DNA of 64,000 nucleotides from assembly GCA_016177405.1 (NCBI GenBank), contig JACOVG010000027.1, positions 14,733 to 78,732 on the forward strand, in the 5' to 3' direction. The DNA comes from Candidatus Omnitrophota bacterium (GTDB lineage: Bacteria; Omnitrophota; Gorgyraeia; 1-14-0-20-64-10). Every line of letters starts with the position of its first letter. Position 1 is the stretch's first letter. Below, piece after piece: positions 37,725 to 46,446 of this stretch. Position numbers and translations under genes: made by a program. Under the pieces are notes generated by a model. It did not search any database. It was not told the DNA's origin and was given only the letters and a program-made list of their open reading frames with translations.

Positions 37725-40700
37725 ATGAAAACAACCCCGATGCGGCGTTTCTTTTTTCTCCGCTTTGTGAGCGCTTTTCTTATTCTCACGCTGGCCGTTC
37801 CCTGCCCAGCCCACGCCCTGCGCGCCGAGGGTCCCACCTCCAGCAAGGTTGCGGCCGGCTTGGAAGAGGCCCTCGGATCTAAAGCCGCCGACCCGCCGAA
37901 GAAGTCCAAGATTGATGTACGGACGAAAGAACTGTCGGTAAAAGACACCGTGCTGACGGTTCAACCCCTTTCACCGGACGATCTCCTGAATTACCGAGAG
38001 GATCTTTGGGAGCTCCTTAAACTCATCCCTACGGACATTCCGCACGATGAAACAATCATAGATGAGATGCGGCAAGGGAAGTGGTACGACCGGGATTTAA
38101 GTTTCGCGGTCTGGGATAAAATGTCGAATCGCCCCATCGCTCTGGCCACCCTGATGATCTCTACAGATCCCCGCTACAAGCTTGGGACGGCGGTCATCCT
38201 TGAGAACTTCGCTGTCCATCCGGATTTTCAGGGGACCCCCGCAACCAGCTGGCTGCTCCACCGTGCCTTTTCCAACGCGCACGCGCTCCTTTCTCGACTT
38301 CATAAGGGGGGACCTCTCTATGCGCACCTGCTCACCATGAAGGGGGGTCGTCCGGATAAGCTGGGTTCAGAACGGGCGGAGCGTTTTTACACCAAGATGG
38401 GAGGGGCGGTCAAGACAAGAATCCCGGTAGGTTGGGAGGTTAAGGCCGGAGAATTCGAGGGTCATGTCTTCAAGAATCCTCATCTGGAGTTTGAGTTTGC
38501 CCTTCCTGGATGCCTCGCGACGATCGAGCAGGAGTTTCAAAAAAAGCTGTCCTCCGGCCTGGAGGAGACGCAGGCGGTGGAGGTTCTTCAATGGAGCATG
38601 GAGGATCTTAGAGAGGTCCTAAGGAAGCGCGGTCTCCTTCGGCTGGGTCAAACCGATGACCAAGCGGCCGAGCTGGCCTTGAAGATGACGCTTGAGGAAA
38701 GATTCAAAACCCGGCCAACGAAACCGATTCTCCTTCGGGTTCTTCCTTCTAACCAGACGCAGGCGAGATCTCTGGAGGAGATCGGGCTTCAGCCTTTGGT
38801 GAGCCGAGAGGATATCGTAAGCCGCCTGGAACTTAGCGCTTATGAGGACCACGCCATTTCCCGCATCCGCCTGGAACAAGAAGGAGAACACCAGCATCTC
38901 TCGGTGCCTCTTTCCAAGCCGCTTAAAATTCCTGGGACAGGGCAATCTCTTGTGGAGGTCCGGATATCGTCCGGAGACCGGCGTTTTGATCAGCTTCCAG
39001 AGGTGTCGCGGCTTGTCCAGGAGCTTCGTGAAAGGAAGGCCAGCGCCTCCGATAAGCGAGATTTCCTCCAAGAGCTGCCCGGGCGGCTGCGAAACGGGAA
39101 GCTTCGCCTCTCTCACCTGCCGGCGTTTCCGCTTGGGTTGAGGGAGGAAGCGGACGTAGAAACGTTTGCCCGACGGGTTCAGCTTGACCCCTCCCACTCA
39201 AACCTTCTGGTATCGGAGGGGAAAGCCCAGGAAGCGCGCGAGCGCGAGGAACGATCCGCCAAGGCGAAGCCTCGAGAATCTCTTCCGGCGGAACCTCCAA
39301 AGAAGGATAAGCCCCCCGCGGCTGATCAGGAATCGGTGGCCCAGGCGCGCGAACTGGCCCGGAAGATTGCGCCGGAGGCCGCCCACGCCCTGGAGAGGCT
39401 TCTTAAAACCTTGGCTCTGGCGGCCTCTTGGGCTGGGATGCCGCCCAATTCAAAGGAGGTTGAAGCGCTGGGGGAAGAGATGCGCCGAGCCCTTGAGCCA
39501 GAACAGGTTGTGAGGAACCACGTTCGGAAAGGCCGCGCGCCTAACGAGGAGGAAGCGAAACGACAGCTTGCCCTGCTGGAAAAGCAGCTGCGGGAACGGA
39601 TGAGGCGATTGTACAAAACGAAATCAAGGGATGAGGTGGTAGCTTCCTTTCTCTCGCAGATTCAGCGGATGGCGACGGAAAAGAATTGGGCCAGCTATTG
39701 GTGGCTGGATCCGGACGTCGAAGTGCCTGTGCCCGAGGCGGTGACGGAGCTCTACCTGGTGGATCCTCCCGAGCTGGATGAGGCCGCCACCGCGGTCCTC
39801 TTGGAAGCGACCCGCTTGCTTCAGGAGGCCTTGGTACACCATCCGCCGGAAGATCCGAAGAGCTTGCTGTTTCTTCGAAAACTTCAGCTTAGCGGGGTGA
39901 GCTACTTGGCGTCAAAGAAAAAGCTTCCCACGGAACTGGCCGACGCCTTCGTTCGCGACCCAGGGACCTACCAGGGGGAGCTTTGGCTGGTGCGCCAGAA
40001 CTTTTGGTACCAGAAAATGCGCACGCAGAAGATTAGCGAAAACCACACGGGTCCACCGGGCTTGGTGCAGAGAGCTCCTCGTAAGGGGAGGGTGGAGAAT
40101 TCCAGCCATGAAATTGATTTTGGAACCCCCGGGCAGCTTTCAAGATCCTCTTTGAAGAAGATGCTTCTGACCAAGATGAAGCTGGTCCAGCAGCCCGTCG
40201 TCAGCGCTCCCCGAACGAATGGGGAGCCCGCAGGGCCGACGTATGACGACCATACCCGAGCCTTCATCCTTCTGGAGGTGGCCAGTCAGCCGGGGCACTT
40301 TTCGAAACCTGGAAAGTTGGAGGACGAGAGAAAATCATTCCTGCGGGTTATGTGGATTAGGGTAAGCGAGTTACAGCGCGCGCTCAAGCAGCCTGAACCG
40401 ACGTTTAAAGATGCCTACCAAAGAGGAAGACCTTTTCTTGAAGCCATTCAGATACCGGAAGAGGTCAGGCGGGATGTCCTCTTGGAGGATCCCGCGGCCG
40501 TTATCAACCTCTCTGCGATTATGTTGGAGGTGATGGCCCGGATCGCCCAGAAGCTGTCAAGCGATTTTCCGTTGGAAGAGGGTCTCGAAGGTAGTCGGGT
40601 CTTGCGCAGAGAGCTGACGTGGCGCTACCCCGCCTATCGGCCCTGGTGGCCCGGTCTGGCAGCCGCCGGCAAAGGTCAACCCTCCGCCGGCCCCTCGGCA

Positions 40701-43700
40701 GAGCTCGGGGCCGGGCTGCCCCAAAAAGGGGCTCCAGTTTATGGGCCACATGAAGGTGGCCCGAAAACTTCGGGGTTGGAGGAGACGGAGGGGAAACCCA
40801 AATCGACGGAGGAGTGGTTTCAAGCGGGGCTTGAATTTCTCCAGGAGAAGGATTTTCCATCGGCCGCTATCGCCTTCAGGGCGGTCACGGATCTGGATCC
40901 TGGCCTGGGAGAGGCGTGGTCGAATTTGGCCATTGCTCTTCTTGAGCAAGGCCTGTTGGAAGAAGCCCTTGCGGCCTCCCAGAAGGCCGTTATTCACCTG
41001 CCAAATTGCGCTGCGTGTTGGCTTATTCTCGGAAACATCCACCGCAACGCGGGCCGCCTCTCCAAGGCCATCAATGCTTATGGGACCGCTCTCGAGCTTG
41101 ATCCCAAGTTGTCCCAAGCCCATTCCCAGCTGGGTTTAACCTATCATCGAATGGCAGTTCTTATTTTGGGACGCCAACCCCCTCCTGATAGTGCCGAAAG
41201 CGAGACCGCTAAAGAATGGCTTCATCTGGCGAAAGAGGCCTACAAAGCGGCCATCGGCTTGAATCCGGATGACCCGCTGACCTTGAACAACCTTGGAAAT
41301 GTTTTCTTAAGCCTGGGCGATCCGGCTTCGGCAGAGGAAAACCTCCGGGGCGCCGTCATGGCCGATCCGGAATATCTGAACCCGTGGATCAACCTGGGCC
41401 ATCTCTACAGAGAAACCGGCCGCTTTTCCGACGCGGCAAAGGCCCTCTGTGAGGTGCTCAAGCTTAAGCCGGAGGACTTTGACGCCTGGGATTTGTTCCT
41501 CAAGATGAGACTGGATTCGCGGGGGCAGGGGCTGGAACGGATTGGCCGCCTTCACCTGATCTGGCACTCCATCTTGAGGTTCTCAAGAGCAGCAAAATCA
41601 CCGGAAGAAATGCCTGAACTTGCCAGGCGGCTGGAGGATGTGAAAAACCACGGGTTCCTCCCAAGCGATGTTCCCTTCATTCTCGGCATACCTGGCGGCT
41701 CTCCCGAGAGGATGTGGAGTTTGTTCTTTGAAAAGAAGGCAATCCGGAAACGGTTCCTGGCGCTGGGCGGGATACTCATTGCCATGGACGGCGCCTGGAG
41801 GACCAACGCGGATGCAGGCCGCTCACTCTCCCCCGATGAGAGAATCAGACAGCTCACAGAAGATACCACCCGAGGCTTGGGAGAGCTCCACACTGAAACA
41901 GGGCTCCCCTTCCTGGATCTCGATGGAGATCCGGAGCTGATGGATGTGATCGCCAGAACGCTCCAGTTCCTATTGTCTCCTCCACCCGAGGCCGGGCTGG
42001 AGGAGAAGATTGAACGATTTGGGGAATTGGTAAGGCAAGCCGGCAAGATCCTCGATGGACAGACGAAGCAAGGCCTCCTGAAGCCCAAGATCCAGCAGAT
42101 TCAAGAAGAAAGGTTCTTCATCGAGGGAGGAATCGCTTACCTTCCGCACCGGCAAGGAAAGGCCGTGGTGATCGGAGACCTCCATGGCGATCTCGAAGCC
42201 CTCCAAAGGACTCTGAAGATGGTAAGAAAGGAAACCGGCTACGACCCCAAGACCAACAAAAACTCCGCCGCTCCGGTCTACCTCGTTTTTGTGGGGGATT
42301 ACCAGGATGCGGGCTCCCAAAGCCTGGAGGTCCTCCTGACCGTTCTGGATCTCTACGCGGAAGACCCGAATCACGTCATCCTTTTGGGGGGTAACCACGA
42401 ACGGGGCCGGGCGCAGTACTGGAGCCCGGACGTGCGGGCGGAGGGCCCTGACTCCCATTGGTTTTTCAAAGACATCAATAAGATCGTGGGCAGAAAAAAA
42501 GGAGGAACGCTTTACGACAGGTGGCATCGGTTGTGCTTAAAGATGCCGGTTTTGGCGGTTGCGTCCCAGGGGCTGGTGGTTGCCCACGCGGGTTCCTCCA
42601 ATACGGTTTTGGAGGGGCCGGGCATCGCTGAAAAATATGGCGAGAAGCTCGATCCCAGGAAGGGACTCTTAGGCATTGCCCAAAGCAGGGATCTCCAGGA
42701 CCAGATCAGCTGGAATCCCATGCCCAGCCCAAAAACAGAAGAAGCGCTTCAACAGGCCCAGCAGGCACCCGATCGGCGCAACGATGCATTCAGGCGGCTT
42801 AATCCCAGGCGGCAAAAGAGAGGTTTTTGGACGGGGCGAGAGGGATTCGATGTCTTCATGGAGGCCATCGGCGGCAAGGTTATGGCGCGGGGGCATGACC
42901 GCCTGGCCCCGTGGTGGGTGACCCTTTTTAACGGCAGGGTGATCACCCTGATTGGGACCCACCACCAGAGCCCCCATTACGGATACCGCAAGGATCAGAT
43001 CACCGCCCGCTTTGCCGTCTTCGACCTTGCCAAGAGCTACGACCGTGTCGATCCCGGGGAAGTGCTCCGATTCCCTTGGGGCAAACCTTCCGCCAAATCC
43101 GGCCTGGAGGAGACGCAGGAGCTGATTGACCGATTGGCCAATTCAGAAGAGCCGATCACCGAGGCAGACGTCCGGGAGCTTAATGGCCATTACCAAGAAC
43201 CTTCCTCTCCAACCTACCGGGAGGCCATGACCTTGCCTCCAAACGCTGAACATGAAGCGGCCGGTGGTTTCCGGCCGGAGGCGCCCATTGCCGAGCAGAT
43301 GAGCGACTTTCTGAAGTGGCTGAATACCGCAGCCGGCAGCCGTCAAGACCCCCGCGTCTATCCGTCGCTGGGGCAGAGCATTCCCGATCGAAAGCCCTGG
43401 AATCTGGATTGGAATGACCCGGCTACCCATGCGGCGATGGCGCACTGGCTTTTCCATCAGGTGATCCATCCCTATGACGATGGAAACGGGCACACCGGCT
43501 GGGCCTTATTGAACATCCTCCGGCGAAGAGCCGGACTGCCGCCGGTTCGGTTCTTAGCGGAGAGAGAAGCCGGCTATCTCAAAACCTTCCGTTTGAATCG
43601 GGATCCCTTTCCGTATCTCCAGTTTATGGAGGAACCGACGGGGATGCAGGCAGAGGGAGGCCTGGAGGAGGGGATGCGGAAGTGGCGCCCGGAGCTGACC

Positions 43701-46004
43701 AGGAGAGTGAGGCAAACCGCCCGGGCGTGGAAAAGGAGGGGATGGCTGCGCTCGACCAGGGCATTCACCCAACCGGTCGTGGAGGCGGCGCGCTATGCCG
43801 AGATAGGCCTTCAAAAATCTCAAGGCAAAATGGGAGGAAGGCAGAGGATTTGGGAAAAGCGACTTCGAACCGTCATGGCCTTCAGCCGCTTTTTGCAGGC
43901 CCTCGAGGCCGATTCCCCTTCCCAGAGCCCCGCGAGAATCCTGGAGGGTTTTTCCCGCGGCCGATCCGGCGAATGGATCGAGTTTCCCGGCTCGGAAGGG
44001 GAGGCATTCCGGGTGAGGGTGGGGATTCGCAGGAGGACCAACCGCGGGGTTGGCCCGCGCAGGGTTGTGCCGCTTATCTCGATGAATTTTGAGGAAGGAT
44101 CTGCCTCGGACGGCCCTTTCCGTCCCATTGGCTCTGTGAGGATTGGTACGGATGAGGACGGAGGCTGGGAAAGGCCCCTGGTTCACCTGGACCTCTCCGA
44201 TCCCGTCAGAGGCGGCAGACAGAGGAATTGGTTTTCGCACGGCGAGATGGCCCTTGCCTGGTCTAACTCGCTAAGGGCTGGCAGGATTCATGAGGCCTTC
44301 GGCGGGTTTCTCAACAAGCTCATCCGCCACATCGAAGCCCTCCCCCGGAAAACAGCCGCTGGGCTGGAGGAGGGGGAAGAGGTGCAGAAGAAATTTAAGG
44401 AAACACTGCTCCGGCTGAATCCGGCTTGGAGACCTTTTATTAACCCTCTCGGTCCCGAACAGCTGAAAGATCTCATGGCCCAACCCTCCCGGGCTTCCCG
44501 ATGGCTGGGCCCACTTTGGGGGGGGATGGGGGGACGTAAGAAAGAACGGATGGAGGCGGAGCTTCAAGAGGCGAAGGGAGTTGCCGATCGTTACGCGCAG
44601 TGGTTAAGGCGGGAGAAACAGAGGCGCTCCTCTCCAGAGGGAATCCGACGCGCGATCGAAGAAGTAAGCCACAGGATTTTCCAATTGGAGCCGCCAGACC
44701 TTCGTGCATCGGTAGGAGAAGTCACGGCAACCATGACTGGCGATCCGCAGTTTTCGGGATTGCGCTACATCCCCATGAGAAGAATGGTCCAGGCGCTTCC
44801 TGTCCTCTCTGAAACGCTGGGGTTGGTCCCAGGCCCAGGCAGGCGCTTTCTGGAGATCGGCGCAGGTCCTGGCGGTGGAATGGGCCTTGTTGCTGCCCTG
44901 AAGGGAATGGAGGTGTTCCTGGTGGAGACCGACCAGCCCTTCGATGTGAATCTGGGTGAAATGAGGGAACATTTTCAACGGATGGACCTCACCTCAGAGA
45001 CGCTGGATCAGATGACGGCGAAAGGTGGAGTGGCGAAGGTAAATCCCCTCGAGAAGCTGGAAAAAACTCTGGCACCCCACCGGGAGGCGATCAAGGCAGC
45101 CAACGGTTCTGTGACCGTCATTCCCGGCGACTTCTCCCGTCCCGAGGTGCAGAAGAAGGTTATTGAGGCCGGACCCTTCTCCATTATTGTGGCAACGGAC
45201 GTAGTCGATCCAGCCGGCGGACAATTTAGAGCCTCACTGGGCGCTACCACAACGGGAGAACCCTCGGCGGCGAGGGCCATTCTCGAGGGATTGGCCAAGG
45301 TGGCGTCGGCTTCCAGTGAGAGGGGGAGATTGTATGTGAGTTTCGTGGGCAGTGAGATGGGTCTCTTGGGCTCAAAGGTTCAAGAGACTTACCAGACCCT
45401 TGAGGAACTCCTTCGAGCCGAGGGTCTTCCGGCAGACCGTTTTGAAATGGCGCCCTCTCCTTCATCAGGGGGAGTTCTTCGGGCTCGGATTTATCGCTTA
45501 GACGGCACCCCCACGGAAGGTTCCTTCCAATCTTTAAGTGAGGTGATGGGGGCCGGGCTGGAGGAGAAGCCGGAATGGGTGCAGGGGATCCGGGCGGCGC
45601 AGAAGCTGGGCAAGGTGGCGGTGCTGTTTGATCTGGAGCTTTTGGCTGAACTGGGAGAAGATGAATTTGCGCTTCGGATGATGCTCGTTGAGCTGGGAGG
45701 CATCTTGCGGAATACCTTGGCTTGGCCCAAAGAATCTAAGCTTCGGCTCGATTTGTCCAGCGAGGCGGATGAATACGTTGGGGAACAGGGGTGGGAGGTG
45801 ATTCGTGTGGTTCGGGATTCGACAAGGGGTGAAGACGAGGAGGCGCTGACCGTGGCCTCACTGCCAGGCATTGTTGCCGAAGCCCTTCAGGCCCTGGCGC
45901 TAGGAGGCGAAATCTTCCCGGTGGTGGTGGGGGTCTATCGAGCGGGGCTGAAAGAGAAAACCTTGCCGGAGGTGTTGTCGGATATGGCCAAGCAATTCGC
46001 GTAA
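37725..46004 (+). CDS. Giant (2759 aa) GLEE-punctuated family protein: leader, GNAT-like, unknown 740-aa region, TPR, PPP-type phosphatase, Fic-like, unknown, class I methyltransferase, C-terminal domain
   Basis: Leader ...CPAHA-LRAEG. GLEE at aa 45, 278, 1017, 1424, 1793, 1979, 2213 and 2611, each at a domain boundary. PPP motifs GDLHGD and GNHE, with GDYQDAG in place of GDxVDRG. Fic-like core HPYDDGNGHTGW. MTase motif I LEIGAGPG. TPR repeats at aa 1050-1400. The first domain is homologous to a domain of the 54178 protein (LIPTD...LSFAVW...AVHPD[FY]Q.TP...WLL..AF, NPHLEFE). Confidence 0.65.
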   Translation: MKTTPMRRFFFLRFVSAFLILTLAVPCPAHALRAEGPTSSKVAAGLEEALGSKAADPPKKSKIDVRTKELSVKDTVLTVQPLSPDDLLNYREDLWELLKLIPTDIPHDETIIDEMRQGKWYDRDLSFAVWDKMSNRPIALATLMISTDPRYKLGTAVILENFAVHPDFQGTPATSWLLHRAFSNAHALLSRLHKGGPLYAHLLTMKGGRPDKLGSERAERFYTKMGGAVKTRIPVGWEVKAGEFEGHVFKNPHLEFEFALPGCLATIEQEFQKKLSSGLEETQAVEVLQWSMEDLREVLRKRGLLRLGQTDDQAAELALKMTLEERFKTRPTKPILLRVLPSNQTQARSLEEIGLQPLVSREDIVSRLELSAYEDHAISRIRLEQEGEHQHLSVPLSKPLKIPGTGQSLVEVRISSGDRRFDQLPEVSRLVQELRERKASASDKRDFLQELPGRLRNGKLRLSHLPAFPLGLREEADVETFARRVQLDPSHSNLLVSEGKAQEAREREERSAKAKPRESLPAEPPKKDKPPAADQESVAQARELARKIAPEAAHALERLLKTLALAASWAGMPPNSKEVEALGEEMRRALEPEQVVRNHVRKGRAPNEEEAKRQLALLEKQLRERMRRLYKTKSRDEVVASFLSQIQRMATEKNWASYWWLDPDVEVPVPEAVTELYLVDPPELDEAATAVLLEATRLLQEALVHHPPEDPKSLLFLRKLQLSGVSYLASKKKLPTELADAFVRDPGTYQGELWLVRQNFWYQKMRTQKISENHTGPPGLVQRAPRKGRVENSSHEIDFGTPGQLSRSSLKKMLLTKMKLVQQPVVSAPRTNGEPAGPTYDDHTRAFILLEVASQPGHFSKPGKLEDERKSFLRVMWIRVSELQRALKQPEPTFKDAYQRGRPFLEAIQIPEEVRRDVLLEDPAAVINLSAIMLEVMARIAQKLSSDFPLEEGLEGSRVLRRELTWRYPAYRPWWPGLAAAGKGQPSAGPSAELGAGLPQKGAPVYGPHEGGPKTSGLEETEGKPKSTEEWFQAGLEFLQEKDFPSAAIAFRAVTDLDPGLGEAWSNLAIALLEQGLLEEALAASQKAVIHLPNCAACWLILGNIHRNAGRLSKAINAYGTALELDPKLSQAHSQLGLTYHRMAVLILGRQPPPDSAESETAKEWLHLAKEAYKAAIGLNPDDPLTLNNLGNVFLSLGDPASAEENLRGAVMADPEYLNPWINLGHLYRETGRFSDAAKALCEVLKLKPEDFDAWDLFLKMRLDSRGQGLERIGRLHLIWHSILRFSRAAKSPEEMPELARRLEDVKNHGFLPSDVPFILGIPGGSPERMWSLFFEKKAIRKRFLALGGILIAMDGAWRTNADAGRSLSPDERIRQLTEDTTRGLGELHTETGLPFLDLDGDPELMDVIARTLQFLLSPPPEAGLEEKIERFGELVRQAGKILDGQTKQGLLKPKIQQIQEERFFIEGGIAYLPHRQGKAVVIGDLHGDLEALQRTLKMVRKETGYDPKTNKNSAAPVYLVFVGDYQDAGSQSLEVLLTVLDLYAEDPNHVILLGGNHERGRAQYWSPDVRAEGPDSHWFFKDINKIVGRKKGGTLYDRWHRLCLKMPVLAVASQGLVVAHAGSSNTVLEGPGIAEKYGEKLDPRKGLLGIAQSRDLQDQISWNPMPSPKTEEALQQAQQAPDRRNDAFRRLNPRRQKRGFWTGREGFDVFMEAIGGKVMARGHDRLAPWWVTLFNGRVITLIGTHHQSPHYGYRKDQITARFAVFDLAKSYDRVDPGEVLRFPWGKPSAKSGLEETQELIDRLANSEEPITEADVRELNGHYQEPSSPTYREAMTLPPNAEHEAAGGFRPEAPIAEQMSDFLKWLNTAAGSRQDPRVYPSLGQSIPDRKPWNLDWNDPATHAAMAHWLFHQVIHPYDDGNGHTGWALLNILRRRAGLPPVRFLAEREAGYLKTFRLNRDPFPYLQFMEEPTGMQAEGGLEEGMRKWRPELTRRVRQTARAWKRRGWLRSTRAFTQPVVEAARYAEIGLQKSQGKMGGRQRIWEKRLRTVMAFSRFLQALEADSPSQSPARILEGFSRGRSGEWIEFPGSEGEAFRVRVGIRRRTNRGVGPRRVVPLISMNFEEGSASDGPFRPIGSVRIGTDEDGGWERPLVHLDLSDPVRGGRQRNWFSHGEMALAWSNSLRAGRIHEAFGGFLNKLIRHIEALPRKTAAGLEEGEEVQKKFKETLLRLNPAWRPFINPLGPEQLKDLMAQPSRASRWLGPLWGGMGGRKKERMEAELQEAKGVADRYAQWLRREKQRRSSPEGIRRAIEEVSHRIFQLEPPDLRASVGEVTATMTGDPQFSGLRYIPMRRMVQALPVLSETLGLVPGPGRRFLEIGAGPGGGMGLVAALKGMEVFLVETDQPFDVNLGEMREHFQRMDLTSETLDQMTAKGGVAKVNPLEKLEKTLAPHREAIKAANGSVTVIPGDFSRPEVQKKVIEAGPFSIIVATDVVDPAGGQFRASLGATTTGEPSAARAILEGLAKVASASSERGRLYVSFVGSEMGLLGSKVQETYQTLEELLRAEGLPADRFEMAPSPSSGGVLRARIYRLDGTPTEGSFQSLSEVMGAGLEEKPEWVQGIRAAQKLGKVAVLFDLELLAELGEDEFALRMMLVELGGILRNTLAWPKESKLRLDLSSEADEYVGEQGWEVIRVVRDSTRGEDEEALTVASLPGIVAEALQALALGGEIFPVVVGVYRAGLKEKTLPEVLSDMAKQFA

Positions 46005-46047
46005 GCAGATTTTTGTTTGACTATGGTTTGCATAATACGCATAATTT

Positions 46048-46446
46048 ATGTCAATGAAGGAAATACACGGAAGATCAGCGGGTACCGGGTTAAAACCTGG
46101 CACCCGGAGAGGGTTGACTCTCTGGCTCGCGGGGATCTTCACCCGGCAGGAGCGGCTGGCCCTGGCCTTCCTGATGGGGGTGAGCGTGGGCGGCTTGCTT
46201 CTCATCGGCTGGGGCAGGCGGCCCCCTTTTCCGGCGCCGGAGCGCGCGGAGCTTGCCGTGGACGTCAACCGGGCGAGCGCGACGGAGCTGGCCGCCCTGC
46301 CGGGAATCGGGCCCAAGCTGGCGGCCCGGATCGCGGAGGACCGGAAACGGCGCGGGCGGTTTCTGACGCTCAACGACTTAAAGCGGGTCAAGGGGGTGAC
46401 GCCGAAAATTATCCAGAGGATCAAAGGGATGGTCTGCTTCAACTGA
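46048..46446 (+). CDS. comEA: Competence protein ComEA (helix-hairpin-helix DNA-binding)
   Basis: N-terminal TM followed by VDVNRASATELAALPGIGPKLAARIAEDRKRRGRFLTLNDLKRVKGV (HhH pair). Confidence 0.8.
   Translation: MSMKEIHGRSAGTGLKPGTRRGLTLWLAGIFTRQERLALAFLMGVSVGGLLLIGWGRRPPFPAPERAELAVDVNRASATELAALPGIGPKLAARIAEDRKRRGRFLTLNDLKRVKGVTPKIIQRIKGMVCFN

Noticed and set aside
37857-45566. GLEE-coding segments as a nucleotide-level dispersed repeat or recombination site
   Set aside because: The 19 copies use different synonymous codons for Gly, Leu and Glu, and the flanking codons differ. The conservation is therefore at the peptide level.
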